A stretch of DNA of 64,000 bases, from positions 17,856,001-17,920,000 of the forward strand of contig OZ281498.1 of NCBI GenBank assembly GCA_965637545.1, given 5' to 3'. The position numbers were made by a program, and so were the translations under genes. The notes below the pieces were generated by a model. It was not told where the DNA came from, searched no databases, and was given only the letters and a program-made list of their open reading frames with translations. The first letter of the stretch is position 1. Each line of letters opens with the position of its first letter. This document shows positions 50,092 through 64,000 of the stretch, one piece after another. The stretch is from Phallusia mammillata. Lineage: Eukaryota.

Positions 50092-50683
50092 TTTCACATG
50101 TACAAATTAAAGTAAATTTCTCCATATCAAGTTTTCAAATTTATTCCTGGTTGGAAACCTCTGAACTAAACCTATGCGATTTCTTTGTGGTAATTTGCTA
50201 AATCAGACTGGACCGATTTCACTTGCAAAATGTAACTGTAAAATCAAATGCCAGTGGATCGCGTGAGAAGAAACCCTTACCGCTTCGTTGGTGGAGCATG
50301 AAGTTGACTATCAAGCATTTGTTGACTGGGCTCCAAAGTTCTTTACTTAGACGTGTGACCACATATATTCACCAGCACTTAGCGATACGTCCGTCGCTAT
50401 GCGAAAGAACGCCTTAAATTGGTCAGGTGTATGATTTATAAATTGTATGTCTTTATCAAAGGCTTATACAAAGCTGACCCCACTACCACACACATGTTCA
50501 CAGTTGCTTTACAATTGTTTTCAGTACAGATTTTACTGACAAAATTCTTTAAGGCATTATAGGCCGCATTTTACGATATGCTTATGAACTGATAACTTAA
50601 TGATTGCTGTTGGTCTGTTATTTCCCTTCGACAAATACATTGCACACTACTACGCACAGAGAAAAAAATGTAAGAGTTCCGAC

Positions 50684-52660
50684 CAGTGGCGTATCTAGGA
50701 ACGTTTTTTACGGGGGGTTGGGGGGGGGGGGACAATAATATGAAATATGTATATTTGCGGCAGAATGTACCATCTGGCGGTAGTCTGTGTAGACCTCTCT
50801 GTTAGCACCTGTTGTGCCTACTAAACTCGCAATATCAACTAAATGCTGGTTAGCAGGGAAATGCAGGGAAATGTCTGCAGTTCACTTGCTGCTTTCAACA
50901 CATCAATGATATTTTTTGGCTTGACTTCTTGGCGCTTCCAGAGGTTTTTCCATCGCAAAGACTCAACTTCTACTGCATCTTTCGGTCCTGGAAGGAAGCG
51001 ACCAAACTCTTCAACAGCAGCTTCGATCCGCCCGAACGGTTCGTTTACACAGAACTTCGGAAGAAGAGACTGCATGGACAGTGCCATGGCAGAGTGTTTA
51101 TTAAACCATTCACGAAGCTGTGATATGTCAGTATCAATGAAGGTGTAAACAACATTTCGCTTGCAGTGCGACGCTGGAGAATCGACCAGTGCGTTTCCTA
51201 TGTGAACTTGGCGTCCAATAATTCGGGGCAGGGTTATAGGACCGCCATGGCGTGCCTCGGCCTTCGAAAATAACATTGGAAATGTGTCATCTTCTCGCAT
51301 CTGCTTCAATGTGTCAACGCAGATATTTACAGATGCTGCAGCCTTATGCAAATTCAAAGAGACATTTTTGGAGAAGCTTTGCTAACGGTTTAGTAACTTC
51401 CAATACTCTTGCAGTAACCTCAAGAGCAACTAACAATTATGATTGCTCACTGATAGCTCTCATTAACATCAGAGCGTTACCTCCGTTGCGAGGACACGAA
51501 GTCAAAGAATCTAATACTGCGACAACAGCAGGGTAAAGCTTTCTGAATATCAAAATAGAAGTCTGCTTTTCGACCCATTGTGTCTGACAGTGTTGCTGCA
51601 ATCTTGTGTGAGCGCTTTCTGGACAAACAGATCGTATAAACGATTGCAGAGAGGCCATCCTTTTATCAGAATCAGAAAAGAATACGGCTGTAGATTTAAC
51701 AGTGACTGGTGCCGCAGATATTGGTGGTACATTTGAAGCTTTGGCCAGACAGAGATTCAGGTTGTGTGCCGCACAATGTACGTAAACAGAATTTGGAAAT
51801 TTGTCTCGGACATACTTTTGCACGCCATTATGTTGCCCAGACATAGCTGCTGCGCCGTCATAACCCTGGGCCACCATAAGAGAAATGTCCATTCCGGAGT
51901 CTAGAAATATACCGATAATCTGTTTTGCCAATCCTTTTCCAGTTAAGTCTGGTGCCACAGCAAAACATAGGAATCTCTCGCAAATGCGGAAGTCGTGAAC
52001 GCAGCGGAGACACAAGCTCAGTTGTTCCTGCTTCGAGAAGTCGGTGGTTTGGTCCGCTAGATTTGCAAAAAAATGGACTCGCGTACCTCCCTCACTACAA
52101 CTTTACGCATTGTGACATCGATGGCTTTAAATCAATCAGCTCACATTTTGAGCAATGGGGGAAGTATACTGCGCATTGCGAGAAGCTTCATTTATATGGC
52201 GTTCGAGAACTGTGTCGCCAGATTGGACCATAAGCTGAAGGAGAGCTCGACAGCTTCCTTGAGAGTAAAGGTTTTCTGAGTCAAGTGCCAATTTGCCACT
52301 GTCTTTGTGGCCACGGAACGCCAGCCCCAGTCTTCCGATATGTTCCACTGGTCGTATAATTTTTCAGAGCTTCTCTATTTTTCTGTCGCTGCGTTTCAAA
52401 AGCCGAATTCGTTTGTTGGGAAACGTTGCCCATCTCATTTTTTATTCGCAGGCGTAGTTCTGTTGCTTGTCGTATACATTCACTGTGAAAGTTATGCGAA
52501 AGATGAGACGTCAAATAACCATCTTTTCCGGTTAAAAGTAAATATTTTTGCAAAGGAGTTTTGACTAATCGATTTAATTTGACTCGAATCTCCTGAGGGG
52601 AAAATATAATGCAGTACTTGTAGAAAAGTCCCTTCTTTAATTGTGAAAATGCAAAGCAAT
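50684..52660 (-). mobile_element. Degenerate, 5'-truncated hAT (Tip100/ZMYM1-THAP12-like) DNA transposon with a frameshifted transposase
   Basis: Motifs spread over several frames: decayed TTF zinc finger (AFSQLKKGLFYKYC...H..H), GLAFRGHKDSG, LADQTTDFSKQEQLSLCLRCV, QGYDGAAAMSG, YVHCAAHNLNL, CQTQWVEK, FPCISLL. One end only: CAGTGGCGTATCTAGG at 50684 followed by a G-rich tract. Confidence 0.9.
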
Positions 52661-52764
52661 CGTAAACCCCTTGAACCTGGTGGATATTTTTCGGGTTTTT
52701 GATACCACCAATAAAAAAACAGAACAACCAGAAAAGAAAATATTATCAAAAATAAGTTGAGCAT
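52660..52764 (-). pseudogene. CYP exon-1 stub (type A copy) abutting the hAT transposase
   Basis: [30 protein letters not shown]... with upstream sequence nearly identical to CYP-6 and CYP-9; CYP homology stops at about 52655-52670. Confidence 0.88.
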
Positions 52765-53499
52765 CTTTCTGAGGGTTTTGTTTGTAATCTTTTAAAGTCA
52801 CGTTACAATGAATATAAGCTGTTCTGCAACAAACCGATAAATAACGGCAGGAAGCGAGCTTTGAAACGAGCTGATTCAGAAAACAATTACAAAATTTGCA
52901 CGAATCATGCATGATTTAGCGATCCAGTTAAACAAACTGTGTCATAACTTGGTCGCGAGCTTTGAGTAGCAAGTCGAAACAAGATGATTCATTAAACATT
53001 TGCAAAATTTGCAAATGCAAAATTTTTTATTGCAATTGTTGTACTAACATGCTTGGGCCTATTCTTCGAATTACAATGTTTTATTAAAACGTTAGCGTCA
53101 ACTCAGAAGCCCCGGTGAACATTGCTCGCTACCTTAGCACAAATCTTGTTCAACAACTGAATGTATTTAAAGGAAACTTTTTGATATTCACGTTAGAGCC
53201 AGTATGGTATCAAGAAATTCTTCAAGGCAGTTAAGATCAAATCAGAAGTTACAAACTGCTAAGAGTATGCAAATTTGAAATTGCATCAGCTGATGTCAAT
53301 CAACTTTATCTTTCAATCAAGAGCCTTACGTATCGTTTTGTTGTTAATGTTTTTATTGCAAAACCAACACTGCACAACATGAGATTTCAGCTTTGCAAGG
53401 GAGCTACTGCAAGGTTAAAGTTACATTAGATTTCGTAGCAACTGAATATAAAACGCTACACAATAATTTTTCACCAACACCTGTTCAATTTCATATATT

Positions 53500-57380
<3,881 letters not shown>

Positions 57381-58642
57381 CTATATGATTTGTTTAAACC
57401 TTGAGCAGAATACGTAAAAATAAGGCAACTGTTTCTGAAATAGTCAAAATTTAAAAGTTTATAATAGTTCAGCCATCCACAAGTAAATAACTAAACCGTT
57501 GCAATAAAGCAAGCTTCACCAAATGTATGCTATACCATCGCTTTTGCTACCATGGGAATGTTTTTTGCCCAAAATACTATGCATTCACAACACACGACAG
57601 TGTTGACATGAATGGAAGGTTCATTATATTGACAATTTGCTCAACTGAAATCGGCAGTGTGAACATATATAGCGATTATCGAAACACAGTAATGATTGTT
57701 AAAGCTTAAGTGAACCTCGAAAAGCGTTATTCTTTTTTTACATTTTTAGATGTATGCAGTCAAATTTAAGTTGTTTTCGTTCGTCCTCCCGAGTTTTTAA
57801 TTCAGTTTCGGTGCAGTTAATGAATAAAGTGACACCTTGCTGAGTTAGGTCTGGCGACATCGCTACCCAATGCTAATTGACCATCATGCAATTCTATAAT
57901 TTGTAAACTAAATGAAAATACTTTGTACAACTGAAATTCTTGACACGATGCTTTTTCTAACTATCTCAGTACATAAAACCGCTTTTTTAATCCGACTGTA
58001 AAATTTCACTCCAGAATAGGGGAAAGAAAATCTTCGTTTGGGAAAAGGCAAAAAAGTTTGGCGTAGTGCCAGAAAGATATCGCGCATGGCTGCTCAAGCA
58101 TTCACTGCAAAACTTAAACCTTCGAAGGCAAAACAATCATTTGCGAAGCACTATGGGTAAAAAAACTTAGATTTCTGTTTGCTTTCTAAAATGGACTACA
58201 AAACGTAAACAGGGATACATATGCATGACATTTAAGCGATACCTCGCGAGAAAAACAGTACGACAGTTTGAGTTTCAAGATAAACAAATCGACCAGACAG
58301 GGGCAAATCTTATAGTCACGATTAGGGAGAAAACGTTATTAATTCGTAGGCTTGGGCTAGAGAATAGGTCACCCGTGAAAAGACTGACCAATAAGTGGTA
58401 CAGGTCACTGACTGCTGACCGTTTCCAGGTATTTGTCTAAAAATATCTGTGATCTACCACGTTTATTAACAAAATATGTATTTGCAATCTACAAAATTAT
58501 TTCGTAAACTGATATTTCATACTGATATGTGCATCAAAATATAGCAAATAAAGAAAAGTTTTAAAAACATAAACTTTATAGGCTGTCTCGGTTGATAATC
58601 TTTTCTCAAATTTTATAAACACTCTCAAGTTTATCTTATAAC

Positions 58643-59278
58643 TAGGGCAATTATTTTTTGACCTAAAAAACGATAAATTTTGACCTACAAATTGAAAATT
58701 TTGACAAATTTTGACCTTGAAAAACCCTTTTTTGACAAAATTTTGTCCTATGAAGAATTCAAGTAGTTAAATTACGCATTATCGTTCAAAAAGTTAAAAT
58801 ATGGCTAGACTTATCTAACTAGAGCGAAAGAATGTGCAAAAGTCTAACAGAAGGGCAAAAATCAATACATTTGTACAAACGAAATATACATGAAGTATCT
58901 AAAGCAAAACCGAAGCAAGAGCTGCACCTAACCTGCAGCTGCCGTAAAATGACTTGGGACCTACCAAAATTTTGCACATTTTGAGGTGTGTTGAGCATCA
59001 CGCCATATCAACCTAATTGTTTCACTCACTTGATGGTTTATGATTCGCAATAATTGGGGCAATGGGCCAATCACAACAGTATAAGGTAGGCTACAAGGTG
59101 TAAAACGAATAGTTTGATGGCAGTGCAACCTCTACAACACCACGACAATGCAGTTTCTAAACAATTTTAACTTTGTAAAAAATTTTGATTTTGTAAACAA
59201 TTTTGACAATTTTTGACATATTCTAAAAATTTTGACAAAATTTTGACTTTTTGGGCAAGTCAAAAAATATTTGCCCTA
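58643..59278. mobile_element. hAT-type MITE, 636 bp, with TTTTGAC subterminal repeats
   Basis: TIRs TAGGGCAATTATTTTTTGAC / GTCAAAAAATATTTGCCCTA; 8-bp TSD CTTATAAC (58635-58642, 59279-59286). Confidence 0.9.
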
Positions 59279-59713
59279 CTTATAACTTAATATTGTAACG
59301 TAAACTTTAACCAGTAACATTACTAACTCTTTTGGGTGCAACCTAATAACAAAACTGTAAATGCAACATAGGCTTTTTCACTGCTACAAGTAGAACAAGA
59401 GCTATTCTGTTATCTTTTTTTTACAACAGAAATGCGTTATAGAAACGGGTGTCCAAGATTAGTCACGAACTGCCCCTGGCTAATGCACAAATAGCCGGTC
59501 CAGTAAAATCGTGATACTTTGCTTTTATGATTTGACCTGAGGCAATTCCAACAAGATTCTTCACACTATATAAATTCTTTATTTAATAATAGAGCTATAT
59601 ATTTGTTCAAACATCGTCCTATTTGAAAAGTTAATAATATTCCCATTTAAATACGAGTGGTGTACGGCCGATTCAACATGCAACAGACGAGCCACTATGA
59701 GTTGAGATGATTG

Positions 59714-60085
59714 CATAGTTGTAATCGGGCCGGGCTTTTCAAACCGGGTCGGGCTTAGGTTTCATTAAAATAGCGGCTTAATTGGAACCTGACTTTACAC
59801 TTTTTGTCAGTATTTATTTTTTTAAATAAACTTAACCAGCTAAGTAGCCAGTTGACTTAATGCCAAACTGCCCTAAAACGCTTTGTTCAAGACCAATCGC
59901 GGATTGTGTTTGTTGTCTTGGTCTCCCGAGGCTGCAATATATGAGCCTGTCAATCTAACTTTCGGGCCTTTTGAAAAACGATTCGGGTTCGGTCAGGTTT
60001 CGGGCTTGTACTTTCGGGTATTTGCCCGGTTGGGGCCGGGTTCGGATACGGTTCGGGCTTCAATTTCAGACCCGTTACGATTAGT
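59714..60085. mobile_element. Older, degenerate relative of the 55359-55753 MITE
   Basis: Colinear similarity (CATAGTTGTAATCGGGCCGGGCTTTTC...CCTGACTTT...CAGCTAAGTA...GACTTAATGCC...CCTGTCAATC...TTCGGGCC); right TIR and TSD not resolved. Confidence 0.7.
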
Positions 60086-62300
60086 TTTACTTTACTTGGT
60101 GAAAAAAAACATAAAGACATAATATCACAAAAACAATCACCAAGTCGGAAATAGCTGCGCAACGTTATTGGCGCAACAGTGCAAGCAGAAAGAGAAATAA
60201 TTTTTAAAACCGTTTATCACTTTCGTTTATTCAAACACAGCGTTAAACAAGAACAAGTTCCCGAGAATGATTTTACGGACACAACGTCGGTGTATCTCCT
60301 CGGAATACAGCTCATGGCCCGCCTGGGGACCATTGGTTTAACCCTTTCTGGTGGCTTTGACTTGACATCTTTTGTTGTTACCTCTAAAAGATACTGGAAA
60401 ACCAATTAGAGCGTGGTACGAATGAGAGGAGGTGGTGTCTGTAGAACTCAAAAAAGGAAACGTGACTACCTTATTGAGTAAATACAAGAAATGTCGTAAT
60501 GTTTACCAACGAAACAAACTCATTTCATTTGAATATTAGAATTTATTTTAAAGGTCGCTTTAATGTTTTCAAATGTTTTTAATATTGGCTTGAATCACTT
60601 TTTTACAAAACAAGCTCACAAAACTATTTCATCTTCATTTGTTTCACTCAAGAAAGCGCGCTTTTAGAATTATGACCAGTTGAGAGAAAATGAAAAACAT
60701 ACTTTATTGGGTGCACATTTGTATGTCCTAAATCTTATACTGCTTAGTTAATTTGCATTGTTTCGTCAGGGTCAAAAAAATCATAGCCACCGATAATCGC
60801 ACCTTAATAAATCATTTATAATCATATTTTTTCAAACATAAATCAGTAATATCCTTTAAAAAATTACACATGACCCTACAAATAAATCTGTCGAATATTA
60901 AGACATTTATTATTGCAATAAAAAGAAAGTTTGGTTGTGCAGAATGAAGTCCCCCTAAGCTATACGAATTAAAACTTTCACTAACACTTATAATTGCTTT
61001 ATGTTAAGGAATAAAAGCAATGTCACGAATTATTCAACAAGTAACTTAGTTTACGTAAATGACCAGAGGGCATTTCCGGCACGATCATGGACACTCGCAT
61101 CAATGTAGGCGATGCTAGACATAACAGAAAATAGTTAAGAGGGCAAGTAAGAACTTTAATAGTTTTACCAGTTACAGTTATTAATTTCCAAGTTAAGTTT
61201 GCTTCCATTTTCTTGAATCAGGTAGTCTAAAGCATAAAAAACGAAGACAACCTTTAAATAAATAACCTTAAACTTTAAACTAACGACTAATAGTCAAGTT
61301 TCAAAATCGGAGTAAGAACATTGTGACACAACTATTGCCAAGTCTGCTTTTTCACCTGTTACACCTAAAACATCTTGTGTGTTGTGTGTACAGTGTGTTA
61401 CAGTCAGGTTTGTAATATTTATTGCTTACCCACGTGGACTTGTATGTTGTTGATCAAATGTGTCACCTTAGATGTGAACTTCAGGTCAAATACATGTTTT
61501 CAATTTCAAAACGTATTTTTTTTAGTTTAATAGAGGTAGGTGTCAATTAATAAAAAAATTATTAATGTTAACGTTGCTGGCCATATAATACATTGTTATC
61601 TAGAAACAGTTAAGTTATGTGTCAGATTCTTGGCGTACTGTGCATACCAGCTCGGTAACCCGTGGCTAATCTTAGCACGTTTTTTTTCTGAGTCGTGACA
61701 GCATGAAACATATATAATCCCGTTTGGCAGAATGTGGTACTGCAACATATTTGGGTCAAAACTCAGGGTTTTTTTTACTTTTCTTACACTATATCGCGTA
61801 ATAGCGTTTTAAACCTCGCCGAACTTTTGTGTTTGTTAAATATTTGATTATATTTTGTAAAGTTTCTTTATTTCTGAATGTACACTTATGGGCTTAAAAG
61901 TATAATGTCGAGATTTAATGCCAGACAAGTGTGGTGGCGTTTCACACTAAATGCTATACTAGCTATGCGCGACATTTTTGGGGGTCCGAAAAACTAGGTT
62001 TTAAATGCAGTTTTAAGCCGATTGTTCAGTGTCTAAAGTAAGACCGCTTAAAGTAAGAACGGTTGCATTGTTTGCAGTAGCCTTTTTAAGTTTCTTCATG
62101 AATAATTTTATCAACTTTAGTTTAGTAATAGAGGTAGTGGCTGCATAAAGAGTTTCTTCACCACATTTTTATGCTGATAGCAAAAATGAAACACAGGCAT
62201 GCTTGAGAAGTAAATTATCTTTTTGCAATATATTTGTTTTTACAGACGTTTCAACGTCCTATTCAGGTCGCCTGCATCAGGAAATGACCCTTCAATCGTC

Positions 62301-63976
62301 ATGTTTAACTTGTTGGTAGTTTTTACGTTTCTTGTCGTCTTGTTTTTCTACTGGTGGCATCAAAAATTCAAGCAATCTCCACCAGGTCCGAGAGGACTTC
62401 CCCTGCTAGGAATCCTTCCTTACCTTAGCAGTTTTCCAGAAAGAGACTTCGGCGCTTGGAGTAAGAAATATGGCCCCATCATATCTGTGCCCATGGGTTG
62501 GCAAAACTGCGTGGTTCTCAACAATTATGAAACTGTCATTGAGGTATGTGTGCGGCAAACGTCATAGATATAACAAAAAACGTTTTTAGTTTGCTAACAT
62601 CATAATATAATGAATATGGATAGGGTGGCGCATTTTAACTCAGCTGTCTGTTTTCTTTTTCGGCAGACCTTGGTTAAACAAAGCGAGGAATTTCATGAAC
62701 GACCTTTCGTACGACTCTTGAATATATTTTCAGCAAACGGAATTGGCGCGGTACCTGGAGGTCCAGTATTGCGTTCCCATCTCCGGTTCGGCATGTCTTC
62801 TATACGAAGGTACAAATTTAACACGAGTACAATTGTGAGTAAGAAAGCATTTCAATAATTTCGTCCATGGGGGCAAAGTGTGCTCTTTGATAAATTTTTT
62901 ACTCTGTGACCCTATTTTTGGATTAGGGCTTTTACTTAAATGAAGATTTTCAGTTGTTTTTGGGACGTATTTTCAAAGCACTATGTTTGATTGATTGCTA
63001 GTTTATTTACCTGTTGTTATTTTCCTTTTTTGCTTAATTTTTATTTACAGTGGTTTGAATGTGTGGTTGTGAAATTAAAGAGTGGTTGAACCATCATTGT
63101 ATAAATATAGAATAAATCAGCGATACAGAACTATTTTGATGGTCTAACGGTTTTAGGTGTGATACTACGATTGTCAAACTAACCAAATACCCCAGTCAAC
63201 TCAATTTTAAGTGACTGTCACCTTTATTTTATAATGACTTAAAACTTTGAAATAATGATTTACCACGAAAGCCAAGATTACACACTTTGTAAGGACGATA
63301 AAACATAAAAACACAAGATAGAACAAACAACATCAATGGTCGCCCATGTCACTTAGCACAAAAGAAAGCCCATCATTAAAGGGTTTTTTTGTACTTGGCT
63401 GCCAAATGCACCGCTGTACAGGCTAACCAGGCTTCCAGGCAATGGAAAAGAGGTTACCAGTTAAGTGCAGGTTTAACAAAATAAAAGAAAATAACATGGT
63501 CTGACCGTTCTAGTTTAACAAAACTAACTTATAATGCGGAAGACAAATATTTATTACACAATATGTAGAAAACGCAAGAATGATGCACCAATTTTATACC
63601 TTATAAGCGCATAAAACACACTTCTTTCAGGTTTGGTGGCAATAAGGGTTTGATGGAGCAAAAGGTAAACGACGAAGCAATGTATTTCATTCAACAACTG
63701 AAAGACTTGGAAGGAAATCCCTTTGACATACAGGTAAAGATTCCACGCATTTACATGTAATCATCTACATATGCAAGCTATGCTCGAAAAATATATGCAG
63801 TGGTGGAGTTCAATCCCATTGAGCCCATATGCTACTGGAGTGTATCTAACATAAAACATTGTGTAGAAACATTTATCAGAAGCTGTTGCAAACGTGATCT
63901 TCAATATGGCGTTCGGCAGAAGATACGAATACAATGATGACAAGTTTCAAATGTTGATTACCAACATTCTCGGATC
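62301..63976 (+). CDS. CYP-12: cytochrome P450, exons 1-4, continues beyond the window
   Basis: Exons 62301-62543, 62667-62809, 63631-63733, 63867-63976; open so far with standard lengths and GT-AG sites. The C-helix motif reads LRSHL rather than WRAHR. Confidence 0.85.
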
Positions 63977-64000
63977 GTAAGTTTATGTGTTATATTGTGG

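Noticed and set aside
49759-50201. Five overlapping repetitive ORFs (CIYKPNAV, QTKCSVHL, AFTNQMQC and others)
   Set aside because: Artefact of a 24-bp unit that lacks stops in five frames; no splice context or non-repeat coding flank. It is also not a CRISPR array, because there are no unique spacers.

Overview
Eukaryotic, AT-rich genomic DNA with short GT-AG introns; an invertebrate such as a tunicate is plausible, but that is inference only. From 8.1 kb onward the window is a birth-and-death cluster of 9-exon CYP2-clan cytochrome P450 genes, with 13 loci labelled here CYP-1 to CYP-12 plus an exon-1 stub. By manual splicing, five loci are intact (CYP-1, -3, -6, -10, -11), six are pseudogenes (CYP-2, -4, -5, -7, -8, -9), one is a stub fused to a dead hAT transposase, and one runs off the window (CYP-12). 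Much of 25-57 kb is a triplicated multi-gene unit with reciprocal gene loss, and CYP-10 looks like a mosaic of inverted paralogs. The cluster contains seven hAT-type MITEs, two solo LTRs, a tRNA-derived SINE in an exon, a 24-bp promoter minisatellite and sense-strand hammerhead-ribozyme remnants in introns. Left of the cluster is a spliced 4-coding-exon gene (312 aa) that the ORF track does not assemble. It is built from two tandem copies of a ParB/Srx-like (Tox-ParB-like) domain, each with a Cys/His tail, and is the most unexplained element. All calls come from reading the sequence by eye; no searches were run.
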